A stretch of 64,000 nt of DNA, taken from positions 16,057 through 80,056 of the forward strand of contig JBBRPR010000040.1 in the NCBI GenBank assembly GCA_038227875.1. Direction: 5' to 3'. Both the position numbers and the translations under genes were made by a program. The number at the start of each line of letters is the position of its first letter. Position 1 is the stretch's first letter. The stretch is from Planctomycetota bacterium. GTDB taxonomy: Bacteria; Planctomycetota; SZUA-567; H5-PLA8. This document shows, piece after piece, positions 9,318 through 19,739 of the stretch. The notes beneath the pieces were generated by a model. The model saw only the letters and a program-made list of their open reading frames with translations, did no database searches and had not been told where the DNA came from.

Positions 9318-11948
9318 ATGCCTCAATTGACGTGTTCGAACTGCAAGCAACCCTTCACCGTGGCGGCAATCGGCGACTCCGTGACCTGTCCGAATTGCCA
9401 GGCGACATTCGCGATCCGCATCAAAACGTCAGCCGCTCCGTTGGCGCCGGTGACAGGAGTGGCGGCGGAATCAGCTGCCGTCCCGATCGAAGCGACTCCA
9501 GAATCGCCGTTCGCGCCTGCCGCTCCTGCACCCGCGGTGGAAGACGAATTCGCACTCCAGCCCATGCCTGGAGAAGCACCTGTTGCGCCGGCAGACACCG
9601 ATGAACTCGCACTGCAGCCCGCGCCCGTGGTCGCCAAACCGGTCGTGACTCTGCCTGCCGGGCCTGTCCCTCCTCTGCCGGCCGCCTCCACTCCGCCTGT
9701 GCGTCCAGTCCCCGCAGCCGCGAAAAAGGCCGTGGTGAAAGCGCAACCGCCGAAGTCGCCCTCGAAGCGGCAGCCCCAGGTTTCCGAATCGGGGGAACCG
9801 CTGAAAACTTCAGCGCAAAGTCCGCTCGGCTGGGCGCTGGCGGGTGTCGGCGGCTGCATGATGCTCGCCGCCGTCGTCATTCTGCTCATCAGTCCCTTGC
9901 GAGCCCCGACCCATTCAGCCGCTGAGCTAAAGAAGCAGCAGGACGCGGGCGTGAAGGAAGTTACGGACGCCTTCAATGCGCGCAAGCCACTGGAATTCGC
10001 TCGCGATACGGCAGCCGGCGAATTCAAAAACGAACAGACGCGTGCGGCCGAATTGGGTGAACGCAGCAAGCGGCTCGACCAGAACTTCGAAACACTGGCT
10101 GCCGCCAACGCGCGGAATTTCACGGATTTCAAACAGAAGCAGGAGCAGTCCGACAGAACGCAGGCCAAAACCCAGGAGGCGCTCGCGCAGTTCGGCGAAG
10201 GCACATCCAACCGCTCGATCCCGATGCTGGAAAAATCCGTCGTGGTCGTCATCACCGACTGCGGTTCGGGATCAGGATTCGTCCTCAACGACAGCGGCCT
10301 CGTGGCCACAAATTACCATGTCGTCGAAGGCTGCTCGAAACTCACGGTGAAACTTCAGAAGCGCGATTCGAAGGAGCAGACGGCGATCGAAACCGGCGTG
10401 ATCAAGGCCGTTGATCCGGAGCGCGACCTGGCACTGATCCAGCTTCCCGCCTGCCCGGCGGAGATCGGAGAAAATGGCAAGTACCCCAGCGTCTCTCTGC
10501 GGCTGAACCAGCCGGCGATGACCGGCGAAAACGTGATGGCGATCGGCAATCCCGGTCTTGAAAACATCATTCTCGATTACACCGTGACCAAGGGCATCGT
10601 CTCGAACGCCGACCGCTCGCTGGATGGTAAGAAATTCCTCCAGGTTTCCGCCGTGGTCAATCCCGGCAACTCCGGCGGCCCGCTCTTCGACTCCCAGGGC
10701 AACGTGCTGGGCGTGGTCGCCGCCAAAGGCATCAACGTCGAAGCGATGACGTTTGTGATTCCCGCTCGGGATTTGAGCGCCTTCTGGAAACGCATGGGCG
10801 AAGATCCGTGCGCGGTAAAGGACGGGCTTGAGGCTTGGGAAAAAGTGCATCGCCCGCTCACGGCTCTTCAGCGCAAGCGCGCGGCGATGTCCGCCAAGCC
10901 CACCGTCGAATTCAATGCCGATCCGACCGGCATGATCGAAGGGCCGGATGGCAAGACGCTCTACATTTTGTTTGGACTCACCGGACGCGTGCAGGAATTC
11001 GATCTCAAGACGCGCAAACTCGGTCGCGAATGCCGCACCGAATGTGTCCTCACGGATCTCGTTCCGTACGGCGCAAACGGCGAATACGCACTGACCCATT
11101 CCTTCGAAACGGCCAAGACGCTGCGCATCAATCTGAAAACGATGTCCGTCTCCGGCGAAGTCAAGACCATGGACGCCGCTGTCGCCGCCGCACCTTTCGG
11201 AGCGATCGGCTATGCACTGCTGCTGCGCGAACGAGGCATCCCCTGGTTGATCAACCAGACTCATTTTGACAAGAGTTCCACGGTTGGATTATGGCCGCTG
11301 GGCGACGAGTCCACTCAGGTTCATTCGGCGGCATCCAATGCCCGCTGGCTGCTGATGGCGGCTTACGAGGCCGGTACGACCACCTTCAAGCTACAGGCCT
11401 ACCCGCTGGCACAGTGCCAGCCATACATTTCGCAACTGGCGGATTTGAAGCGTCGAAACAACGGGGCCAGCACCTTTCAGGAAGAAGCAGCGCTGAAAAC
11501 CAAGATCGATGGCCTCTGCAAAACGTTCGACCTGTCGATGCTCGTCACCATCCAGGAAGGCAAGGTCTCCCGCAAGATGCTGACGTGGGCGCCCGGCGAC
11601 CACTTCATTTTTGCCCGGCGCGTATTCAAAACCGGCGTCAAACTCGAATGCGAAGGCAGCTTCGATGCCAGTCCGTACACAGACGCTGTCGCAGGGCAAC
11701 CCAAGAGCGTTCGCGACGACATCCACTATATGGAAAACATCTTCACCGTCAGTCCCAGCGGCAAGTACGCCGTCAGTGGCCTGTGCATCTACGACATTTC
11801 CACGCGTAAGATTTTCAAACAGCTCCCGTTTCCATCGGCTGTTCACACTTTTATCAACGACGGAAAGGGCATGGTCCTGCTAAGCAACCGCGGTTTGTTC
11901 TGCTTCGACGACTGGCAAACCGATTTCCCCGCCCCCGACGCCAAATAA
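9318..11948 (+). CDS. Membrane-anchored trypsin-like serine protease (Zn ribbon, Pro-rich, TM, coiled coil, S1, beta-propeller-like)
   Basis: CSNC/CPNC N-terminus; intact triad ATNYHVV / DPERDLALI / NPGNSGGPL. Confidence 0.88.
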   Translation: MPQLTCSNCKQPFTVAAIGDSVTCPNCQATFAIRIKTSAAPLAPVTGVAAESAAVPIEATPESPFAPAAPAPAVEDEFALQPMPGEAPVAPADTDELALQPAPVVAKPVVTLPAGPVPPLPAASTPPVRPVPAAAKKAVVKAQPPKSPSKRQPQVSESGEPLKTSAQSPLGWALAGVGGCMMLAAVVILLISPLRAPTHSAAELKKQQDAGVKEVTDAFNARKPLEFARDTAAGEFKNEQTRAAELGERSKRLDQNFETLAAANARNFTDFKQKQEQSDRTQAKTQEALAQFGEGTSNRSIPMLEKSVVVVITDCGSGSGFVLNDSGLVATNYHVVEGCSKLTVKLQKRDSKEQTAIETGVIKAVDPERDLALIQLPACPAEIGENGKYPSVSLRLNQPAMTGENVMAIGNPGLENIILDYTVTKGIVSNADRSLDGKKFLQVSAVVNPGNSGGPLFDSQGNVLGVVAAKGINVEAMTFVIPARDLSAFWKRMGEDPCAVKDGLEAWEKVHRPLTALQRKRAAMSAKPTVEFNADPTGMIEGPDGKTLYILFGLTGRVQEFDLKTRKLGRECRTECVLTDLVPYGANGEYALTHSFETAKTLRINLKTMSVSGEVKTMDAAVAAAPFGAIGYALLLRERGIPWLINQTHFDKSSTVGLWPLGDESTQVHSAASNARWLLMAAYEAGTTTFKLQAYPLAQCQPYISQLADLKRRNNGASTFQEEAALKTKIDGLCKTFDLSMLVTIQEGKVSRKMLTWAPGDHFIFARRVFKTGVKLECEGSFDASPYTDAVAGQPKSVRDDIHYMENIFTVSPSGKYAVSGLCIYDISTRKIFKQLPFPSAVHTFINDGKGMVLLSNRGLFCFDDWQTDFPAPDAK

Positions 11949-12114
11949 CGAAATTGAGTCATCAGTCATTTGCGGAGCGTTCAGGCAAGCCTTAGGGCCC
12001 ATCTCCCGCTCCCCGTAAATGACCAATGACTCCTTTCCCTCGTCTATCGGACGCGTGTAGTATTTCTTAGAAATAGTTCTACCTTTGAACTACCTTTGGT
12101 GTACCTATAGATGC

Positions 12115-13230
12115 ATGAAACTCACGCCTAAGGACATTCGCCCGCTGTACGACCAGGTCAAGGACCTCCTCCGCACGCAGATTGAGGACGGGACGCTGGC
12201 GGCTAATTCACCTCTTCCTACACAGGAGGAACTGGCTAGCAAGCTCGGCGTCAGCGACATGACGGTGCGCCGCGCGCTGATTGAGCTCACCTCGGAAGGC
12301 TGGCTGCAACGGGTGCGCGGCAAAGGTACCTTTGTGCGTGGCAGGCCGGAAGTCAATGTCGAGAAGATCTGCATCACGGTTGTCTCGAATCTCGACAGCG
12401 ACCAGATCCGTGGCAGTTTGTTCTACCACCGCATCTTCCAGAGTATGCACCACGTCGCGGACACCAGCGGCGCGTTTCTCTCGATCCGCAAGATCACGGA
12501 GCCGCACGCAGAGTTTGTGGCGCGGCTCAAGGCGCAGGACGTCACCGGGCTGGTGCTGATGGGCATCACCGACGACGACCTGCTCAAGCGTGTCCAGCAG
12601 TCGCGCATTCCGGCGGTGATCCTCGACAGCGCGCAGCCGTCCAGCGGCCCGCAGTTCGACGAAGTGAATCACTGTGACGAAGAGTCGGCGTTTCGCGCGG
12701 TTAGCGAGCTGACACAATTGGGCCACGAACGCATCGGCATCTATCAGACGCCGGGGAAGTCTCAGTTTTTCGATCAGCGCATGGCCGGTTACCGGCGCGC
12801 GCTGAAAGTGGCCGGGATCAAATTCGATCCCAGCCTCGTGTACCACGTGGTGCTCAACAGCCAGGCGGCGTACGCGCAGACGGTGAAACTGCTGCGCGAA
12901 CCCAATCGGTGCTCGGCGTTGTTCTGCACCATCGACGAACTGGCGCTCGGCGCGATCACGGCGGCGCGCGATCATGGCGTGGCAGTGCCGGACGATCTGA
13001 GCGTCGTGGGCTTCGGCGACATCGGGCTGTTCTGCGTTCCGGCGCTCTCCACGGCGCGCTTGCCGATGGAACAGATGGGCACGGGCGCCATCGAGACGCT
13101 GCTGCGGCGCATTCACAATCGGTCGGCGGAATTGCAACGCATTATTTTGGTTCCGGAATGGATCGCGCGGGGCTCGGCGGGATTTCCGCGCTCGAAAAAT
13201 CTGGCCGTCAAAACTGGCGGCGCGAAGTAA
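12115..13230 (+). CDS. GntR-HTH / LacI-type sugar-binding transcriptional regulator
   Basis: LPTQEELASKLGVSDMTVRRAL...GKGTFV, followed by a periplasmic-binding-fold domain (LGHERIG, VPDDLSVVGFGD). Confidence 0.92.
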   Translation: MKLTPKDIRPLYDQVKDLLRTQIEDGTLAANSPLPTQEELASKLGVSDMTVRRALIELTSEGWLQRVRGKGTFVRGRPEVNVEKICITVVSNLDSDQIRGSLFYHRIFQSMHHVADTSGAFLSIRKITEPHAEFVARLKAQDVTGLVLMGITDDDLLKRVQQSRIPAVILDSAQPSSGPQFDEVNHCDEESAFRAVSELTQLGHERIGIYQTPGKSQFFDQRMAGYRRALKVAGIKFDPSLVYHVVLNSQAAYAQTVKLLREPNRCSALFCTIDELALGAITAARDHGVAVPDDLSVVGFGDIGLFCVPALSTARLPMEQMGTGAIETLLRRIHNRSAELQRIILVPEWIARGSAGFPRSKNLAVKTGGAK

Positions 13231-13242
13231 ACGGGGGAACTC

Positions 13243-16200
13243 ATGCATACCAGCAAGCGGACTCTGATAGTTCTGGCGTGTCTTCTGGCCGTGGCCTGCT
13301 TCAGCGTGCGCGCCGAAGAACCCGCGGAGGTGGTCCTTTTCGACTACGAGCAACCGAAGCAGAACGTGGAGAACAACGAGCGCATTGTCTGCGTGAAAGA
13401 GCACGTCACGCAGGGCGAATTCGCGGGCAAGGTCGTGCTCGACAAGCCGTTCACGCCGAACATTTTCATTCCCGCGGTCCAGGCGCAGCAATGGGCGACG
13501 TACGATCAATTTGAGCTCGATGTGTTCGTCGAAGGCGGCCCCGTCGGCGTCGCAGGCTTCATCAACGACGCGACCGCGAAAGGCTGGGACAAACGCTACA
13601 ACTACAACCTGCACATGGAGCCGGGCAAGCGCAAGATTACCTTTGGGCTCGGCGGCCTGAAGCGCGAGAACGGTTCCAACATGCTCGACGTCAAGACGCT
13701 GAGCTTCATTGCGATGATGTTCAGCAGCGAAGACGCGGCGCGGCCAGCCACGATCTATCTCGATAACGGACGTCTCCAGAAAGGCACCGGCTCGTTTGAA
13801 AAGAAGGTGCTCTACTCCTTCGAAGGCAACGACGCCGGCAAGTTTGAACTCGAAGACTACCCCGAGGAATTCAAGGGCAAGTCGAAGCTGAACCTCGTGG
13901 CCGAACACGCAACCGACGGCGCCAAGGCGGCGCAGCTGGAAAGTCACGCGCCGGCCGGGAACATCCGCTTCTCGGATTTCGACCACGATTGGGCGAAGTA
14001 CGACACGCTGCAGATCGATGTTTTCAACACGAGCAAGGATCCGGTGCCCGTCTCCGGTTGGATTCGCGCCGACGATCCGAAGGCCGGCTGGTTCAACCGC
14101 TTCAACTACGACCGCGTGCTGCGTCCCGGCATCAATGTGCTAAAGCTCCCCGTCGGCGGCATGACCGCCGGCGAGGGCGGCAAGCTGCTGAACACGCGCA
14201 ACATCGTCGGCTTCAACATCTGCGTGCCCAACACCACAATCTACGTCGACAACATCCGCCTGATCAAAGGCACCGAGGAAATTCCCGTTCCCGGCATGAA
14301 GAAGTTCGATTTCGGTCCGGCCAATTCGGCGGTGATGCCCGGCTTCAAGAACATCTCCAAGGACACGCTCTATTCCAAACAGACCGGCTTCGGCTGGCAA
14401 CCGGGGGGAAATTTCGGGCGCGACTTCGACATCTCGGAAATCATGGGCCGGCACCGCCCACCCGATGACCTCTGCCGCGACTTCTGCATGCCGATCAAGG
14501 CGGCCTACACGATCGATGTACCCAACGGCAAGTACGGCGTCTGGCTGATGCTGGGACCTCCCGGCAACGGCTGGGGCGAAACGTTCACGCACCGCACGGT
14601 CACGGCCAATGGCGTCGAAGTCGTCGACGAAAAGTACGATCTCGAAAGTTTCAAGAAGCATGAGTTCGAATTCCAGGACAGCGAAGACCTGCCCGGCGAT
14701 GACCTGTGGGAAAAGTACATCAACAAGCTCTTCAAGCCGAAAGTCTTCGATGTCGACGTCAAAGACGGACAGCTGAGCCTGAGCTTCGATTCGCACGGCG
14801 AATGGTGGTCGTGCATGGTCAACGGCCTGGTGATCTGGCCGAAGGATCAGGACACCAACGCGCTGCGCTGGATTGAAAATTTGAACCAGCAGCGCAAAGA
14901 AGAGTACCAGTCGCTCCACGTTGAAAAGCTGCCGGAAGTGAAGGGCAAGTTCACGCCCACAGCCGATCAGACCGCAAAGGGTTATGTGCGCTTCATCCAC
15001 ACCGTCGACAAGGACATCCAGGTCAACGCCGTGCCGACCGATGCGGAAGTAAAGCAGTCGGTGCTGCATCTCACCGTTGCGCCGGGAGAATACGAAGACA
15101 AATGCATCGGCCTGCTGCCGCTCAAGGATTGCGGCAAGGTCAAGGTTGAAGTCTCCGCGCTGAAGGGTCCCGGCGGCGCCACGTTTCCGGCCGACGCGGT
15201 AAAGGCCCAGGTCGTGCGCTACAAGGACTCGAATTACACCGCCGTCTACACGCCGATCCCGAAGTACCTCGACGAGGTCCCCGCTGAAGGCGTCGACGTC
15301 AAGCCTGGCGTGACGCGCTCGTTCTGGCTGGTTTTCCACGTGCCGGCCGACACGGCTCCCGGTGAGTACAAGGGCACAGCGACGCTCTCCTTCTCCAGTG
15401 GAACCAAAGACACAGTCGACGTCGCCTTGACCGTCCTGCCGGTGAAGCTCAACGACGTCGATTTCCCCATGGGCATGTTCATCATGGGCCCCAACCGCAG
15501 TTTCACGAAATTCGATTCCACCGGCGAAGCCTACTGGTTGCAGGTGAAGGAAATGCTCGTGGACGCGCGCGCGCACGGCATCACCAGCGTCGATCCGGCC
15601 TGCGCGATGCCGCTGAAGAAGATTGAGAACGGCAAAGCCGTCGTCGACTTCACCGCGATGGACCGCTACATGGAATTGACCAAGGCCGCCGGCTTCAAGC
15701 AGGAACTCAACGGTTACGCCATCGACACCGGCTTTACGATCAAGATGCATGTCGGCATCAATTACGCCGCCGAGGCTGCGCGTTTCGGCGTGGCGAAGTA
15801 CGAGGACGTGGTCAAGGCGTACTTCGATGCCGTGCGCGAACACATGAAGGAGAAGGCGTACCTCCCGATCTGCTTCTGCACCGACGACGAATACGTCGTC
15901 CATCCCGACGGCAAGCTCGAACTGCTCGCCGCGCATCACAAGATGCTGCAGGACAACGCGCCGGGCTTCCACTTCGTGCCGTACGATAGTCTCTACGCCG
16001 AACAGCATCCCGAGCTGATTCCCTCCTATGAAAAATCGCTGCCGCTGATCGACACCTGGGGCGCGGGCATCCATTCGCCGAAGGAAGCCGAGATCCTCAA
16101 AAAAGCCGGCCGCCGCCTGTGGCTCTACAACACTGGCATGAACCGCTTCACGTTCGGCACGTACATGTTCTTCGCGCGGAAAAAGTACGACGTCAGCGGC

Positions 16201-16599
16201 TTCTTCCAGTGGGTCTATCCCGGCTCCGGCACCTACGGCAATTTCTATCTCGCGTCGCACAACGAAGGACACTACGGCGTGGTCTATCCGTCCACGCACG
16301 GCCTGCGCAGCACGCCGACGTGGGAGCGCGTGCGCATGGGTTGCAACGATCATCAGTACCTCGAGACCGCCTACGCGCTGATCGACGCCGCGAAGAAAGC
16401 CGGAAAGGGCGACGCCGAAGCCAAGGAGCTGCAGGCGACGATCGATCACACGCTCGGCCAGCTGAAGTTCGGCTACGCCCACGTCGATGCCAAGGACGGC
16501 GAGGGCAAGAACGAAAATCCGATGAGCCCCGAAGCGATGGAAGCGTTCCATGACAAAGTTGGCGACGGCATCGTGAAGTTGAGTAACGCGATCAAGTAA
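13243..16599 (+). CDS. Large secreted putative glycoside hydrolase (CBM-like repeats; GH123/DUF4091-like)
   Basis: Signal peptide, two galactose-binding-like repeats ending IYLDN/IYVDN, KFDFG...GFGW module, APGEYE...FWLVFHVP...PGEYKG module, C-terminal WERVRMGCNDHQYL. Confidence 0.65.
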   Translation: MHTSKRTLIVLACLLAVACFSVRAEEPAEVVLFDYEQPKQNVENNERIVCVKEHVTQGEFAGKVVLDKPFTPNIFIPAVQAQQWATYDQFELDVFVEGGPVGVAGFINDATAKGWDKRYNYNLHMEPGKRKITFGLGGLKRENGSNMLDVKTLSFIAMMFSSEDAARPATIYLDNGRLQKGTGSFEKKVLYSFEGNDAGKFELEDYPEEFKGKSKLNLVAEHATDGAKAAQLESHAPAGNIRFSDFDHDWAKYDTLQIDVFNTSKDPVPVSGWIRADDPKAGWFNRFNYDRVLRPGINVLKLPVGGMTAGEGGKLLNTRNIVGFNICVPNTTIYVDNIRLIKGTEEIPVPGMKKFDFGPANSAVMPGFKNISKDTLYSKQTGFGWQPGGNFGRDFDISEIMGRHRPPDDLCRDFCMPIKAAYTIDVPNGKYGVWLMLGPPGNGWGETFTHRTVTANGVEVVDEKYDLESFKKHEFEFQDSEDLPGDDLWEKYINKLFKPKVFDVDVKDGQLSLSFDSHGEWWSCMVNGLVIWPKDQDTNALRWIENLNQQRKEEYQSLHVEKLPEVKGKFTPTADQTAKGYVRFIHTVDKDIQVNAVPTDAEVKQSVLHLTVAPGEYEDKCIGLLPLKDCGKVKVEVSALKGPGGATFPADAVKAQVVRYKDSNYTAVYTPIPKYLDEVPAEGVDVKPGVTRSFWLVFHVPADTAPGEYKGTATLSFSSGTKDTVDVALTVLPVKLNDVDFPMGMFIMGPNRSFTKFDSTGEAYWLQVKEMLVDARAHGITSVDPACAMPLKKIENGKAVVDFTAMDRYMELTKAAGFKQELNGYAIDTGFTIKMHVGINYAAEAARFGVAKYEDVVKAYFDAVREHMKEKAYLPICFCTDDEYVVHPDGKLELLAAHHKMLQDNAPGFHFVPYDSLYAEQHPELIPSYEKSLPLIDTWGAGIHSPKEAEILKKAGRRLWLYNTGMNRFTFGTYMFFARKKYDVSGFFQWVYPGSGTYGNFYLASHNEGHYGVVYPSTHGLRSTPTWERVRMGCNDHQYLETAYALIDAAKKAGKGDAEAKELQATIDHTLGQLKFGYAHVDAKDGEGKNENPMSPEAMEAFHDKVGDGIVKLSNAIK

Positions 16600-16606
16600 T
16601 TTGAAT

Positions 16607-16704
16607 GGTGCCACTGGCACGGACGAATCTGAGCGTAGCGAAGATTCGGCCTTGCCAGTGCCGTTGGCCGGACGCGTAACCGAACCACGATGCCAGTGGC
16701 ACCA
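16607..16704. repeat. REP-like palindromic element
   Basis: Perfect 14-bp inverted repeat TGGTGCCACTGGCA...TGCCAGTGGCACCA enclosing an inner GAATCT/AGATTC hairpin. Confidence 0.75.
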
Positions 16705-16721
16705 GTTTAGGAGCACAACCC

Positions 16722-17936
16722 ATGACCACCGCCACCGAACTGGACGTCATCCATGCGCTCATCAACGGCGTCCACTGGGGCCAGGTGTTGCTCCACGAGC
16801 GCGTGAAACCTGAAACGCGCAGCCCGCTCTTCGAGCTCAACGGCGTCGCATTGGAAACAGTGCAGGCACGCGCCGCGGCGTTCGATGTCCTCCTGAAAGA
16901 ACTGGCCGGCAACCGCGCCTGGCGAAAGAGCGAGCTGCGCGCGGATCTCCGCAAGCTCGTCGCGGAACTCAAAGCTGCGCCGCTGCCGGTCGATCCGTCG
17001 CTGCCATTTCATGTGGCGTACAACGTCATTGCGCAGAATCTGGCGCCGGAAAAAGTTCCCGCGGCGCTGGCGCTGGCCAATCTGTATCAATTGAACATGG
17101 AAGAACACCGCGACGGGGATGGGCTGCAGGATCTCTTCCAAGTGTACATCAACGCCGGCTTTCCCGTCGACCTGCTGCAATTCGGCCTGCCCAACAGCGA
17201 CGAACATCTGCAGCTCTACTCCAACCGATGCGCGGCGGCCTGCGCGCCGGCACCGTTCAAGACCGATGCCTTCGCTTGGCTGGTCACTTTCAACCGCATC
17301 GAAATGTGGGGCGAGAAGAACACCGGCCGGCGCGACAAGTTCGTGCTCGCGCGGGAACTCCTCGCCGATCCCGAAATCCTACCGCTGATCCCGAAGCTCA
17401 GCGAACTCCCGCACCAGCGCGTCGCGTTCATCGGGTACTCGATGATGATGAGCGTCAACTGGTCGACGTACGCCGCGTGGAACGACATCGCTTCCGAAGC
17501 GCTGCGCTGTCTGAACCCGCGCTACGAATACGCGGGATTCCAGATGGGCGGCATCACCGCCAGCCACGCGCTGCAGGCGCTGATTCCTCAGGCGCTGGAA
17601 TACAAGCCAACCGACGCTTACCTGCTGATGCGCGTCGAGACCGAACCCGATGCCGCCGCGTTCGAGACCCTGATCCGCGTGCTGCAACGCATCGGCACGA
17701 AGGTCCACGTGATCGACGACGTCCGGCCGTACGTGAAGCCGCTGCCCGAGCACGAACACGCTAACCGCCGTCGCGCCGCGGAGCGCACCGGCACGGACCT
17801 GGTCCGGTTTTTGGAGCTGGGTCTGGCTCATGCTGAATTTAGATCGTGGGAATGTCTGGATCGCATCCATATGCGCACGCCCGGCCATGTCTTTTATGCG
17901 CGGGAACTGCTCAAGCGACTGGCGCGCGAAAATTAA
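16722..17936 (+). CDS. Hypothetical protein with C-terminal SGNH/GDSL-like domain
   Basis: AGGAG RBS; RVAFIGYSMM (block I-like) and DRIH (DxxH). Confidence 0.55.
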   Translation: MTTATELDVIHALINGVHWGQVLLHERVKPETRSPLFELNGVALETVQARAAAFDVLLKELAGNRAWRKSELRADLRKLVAELKAAPLPVDPSLPFHVAYNVIAQNLAPEKVPAALALANLYQLNMEEHRDGDGLQDLFQVYINAGFPVDLLQFGLPNSDEHLQLYSNRCAAACAPAPFKTDAFAWLVTFNRIEMWGEKNTGRRDKFVLARELLADPEILPLIPKLSELPHQRVAFIGYSMMMSVNWSTYAAWNDIASEALRCLNPRYEYAGFQMGGITASHALQALIPQALEYKPTDAYLLMRVETEPDAAAFETLIRVLQRIGTKVHVIDDVRPYVKPLPEHEHANRRRAAERTGTDLVRFLELGLAHAEFRSWECLDRIHMRTPGHVFYARELLKRLAREN

Positions 17937-17954
17937 GACACCCAGCGATCAACC

Positions 17955-18500
17955 TTACTTGCCGAACATCTCATCCTCTTTCATCGCGGTGCTATCGGCG
18001 ATGATATTGGCATAGACCGCGAAGGCAGACATTGCGACAATTTCCACGATTTCGGATGTCATGAGCCCGTGATTACGGAGGACTTCGTAATCCAACTTGG
18101 AGATAGTTTTCGGATCTTTGGAACACTTCACGGCGAACAGGATCATGTCCCGCAACTTGGGGTCAGGTATTTGGGTAAGGTCCCGAACGAGATGTTCCAA
18201 GGTTTCGGTTTTAACGCCCAACATGCGGCAGCATGCAACATGCGCCGCCTCGCAATAACGGCAGCCCCGGTCTTTCGATATCGCGACGAAAATCATCTCC
18301 TTTTTCCAGCGCGAAATTTCGCCGCAGACCAGGACGTTCCGCACGACTTCCCAGGTGCCTCTGGCTACCGTGGGAGAATGGCCCTGTGTCGTAATGAAGT
18401 TCGGCGCAGATGGAAAATCCATTCGTCGATAGAATTCTTCATAGACTTCTTTCACGGCTTTGGAAGCTTCGTGTTCCGGAAGGATGGGCAGGTGCGGCAT
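17955..18500 (-). CDS. AhpD/carboxymuconolactone decarboxylase-family protein
   Basis: EMIFVAIS...GCRYCEAAH motif; lower GC than its neighbours. Confidence 0.85.
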   Translation of the reverse strand: MPHLPILPEHEASKAVKEVYEEFYRRMDFPSAPNFITTQGHSPTVARGTWEVVRNVLVCGEISRWKKEMIFVAISKDRGCRYCEAAHVACCRMLGVKTETLEHLVRDLTQIPDPKLRDMILFAVKCSKDPKTISKLDYEVLRNHGLMTSEIVEIVAMSAFAVYANIIADSTAMKEDEMFGK

Positions 18501-18709
18501 GGAGTTCCCTTCAATGCGTGGACCGGTGAATCACCCCCGCCAACGACGTGCCACCACAAGTCCCTTGAAATTGCGCTTCGTTTTAAGCAGTTGCGGCGAC
18601 AATCAGTCAGACTGATAGAATTTAGCTCTTCCGACGAAAAATTGAGTGGATCGCAGCGACTAAACGTCCTTACTTGCGGTACTATATTTAAGCGAGGGCG
18701 GGAGGCCGT

Positions 18710-19735
18710 ATGTCGATTCGTCACCCAACCAATCTATCGCCGCTTGGCTCCGCCGCACTTCTGGCCAGCGCCTGCCTGTTCTTTTCTGCGCAGGCTTCAG
18801 ACACGTCCGCGGCAGCACCGTCACCAAAGTGGGCGCCCGGCACCAACCACTACATCGACAACAAGCTCTCCGAATATGGCCCGTTCGAAACGGCCACCAT
18901 GCCCCGCGGGGATGCGACGCTCACTGTATTTATCTCTTCCGCGAAAATGTCCGTCGAGCGGTCCGTTGTGGAAAAGTGGATCGACGATGCCGCCTCGGCA
19001 GTCTCCCACTATTACGGCGGCTTCCCGGTGCCCAAGGCCACGTTGGTACTGCTGGCCAATGGTGACGATGGCATCGGCGGCGGCGTGACGTTTGGCGGAC
19101 GCCTGATTCGCATGCGCATCGGGCCGGGCACGGCGGCCGAAGAGCTCAAGAGCGATTGGACGCTGACGCATGAAATGTTCCACCTCGCGTTTCCCGATCT
19201 GGACGAAGATCATCTCTGGGTCGAAGAGGGCATGGCCGTCTACTTTGAGCCGCTCGCCCGCGCGCGCGTCGGCAGCATGAAGGACGAGGACGTCTGGCGG
19301 GGCATGATCGAAGGCATGCAGAACGGCCAGCCCGAACGCGGCGACCGGGGCTTGGACCACACGCATACGTGGGGGCGGACCTACTGGGGCGGCGCGATGT
19401 TCTGGTTCCTCGCCGACCTGCGCATCCGCACGGCTACGGGCAACAAGCACAGCGCCGACGACGTGATGCGCGCGATCTTGAAAGCACACGGCGACGGCGC
19501 CGCGCATTGGGAGATGGCCAACGTAATCGCCGTGGCGGACAAAGCCACGGAGACGCACGTCTTTTCTGATCTCTACGCGGAAGCCGCGGCCAAACCGATG
19601 AGCGCCGATCTGCCCGGCCTCTGGAAATCGCTCGGCGTTTCGCTCCGCGGCGGCAAGGTGGCTTTCGACGACACCGCGCCGATGGCCGAGATCCGCAAAT
19701 CGCTCACGGATCCGAAGCAGAATCCGGCCAAGTAG
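18710..19735 (+). CDS. Secreted gluzincin-type metallopeptidase (M61-like)
   Basis: Signal peptide; THEMFH followed by WVEEGMAVYF and RTYWGGA. Confidence 0.75.
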   Translation: MSIRHPTNLSPLGSAALLASACLFFSAQASDTSAAAPSPKWAPGTNHYIDNKLSEYGPFETATMPRGDATLTVFISSAKMSVERSVVEKWIDDAASAVSHYYGGFPVPKATLVLLANGDDGIGGGVTFGGRLIRMRIGPGTAAEELKSDWTLTHEMFHLAFPDLDEDHLWVEEGMAVYFEPLARARVGSMKDEDVWRGMIEGMQNGQPERGDRGLDHTHTWGRTYWGGAMFWFLADLRIRTATGNKHSADDVMRAILKAHGDGAAHWEMANVIAVADKATETHVFSDLYAEAAAKPMSADLPGLWKSLGVSLRGGKVAFDDTAPMAEIRKSLTDPKQNPAK

Positions 19736-19739
19736 TTCC

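Noticed and set aside
14140..16716. 858-aa antisense ORF, and similar long shadow ORFs (12208-13986, 23938-25863, 26270-28195, 29743-31425, 58040-59536)
   Set aside because: They lie opposite well-supported genes, have no recognisable motifs, and are expected from codon bias in high-GC DNA.
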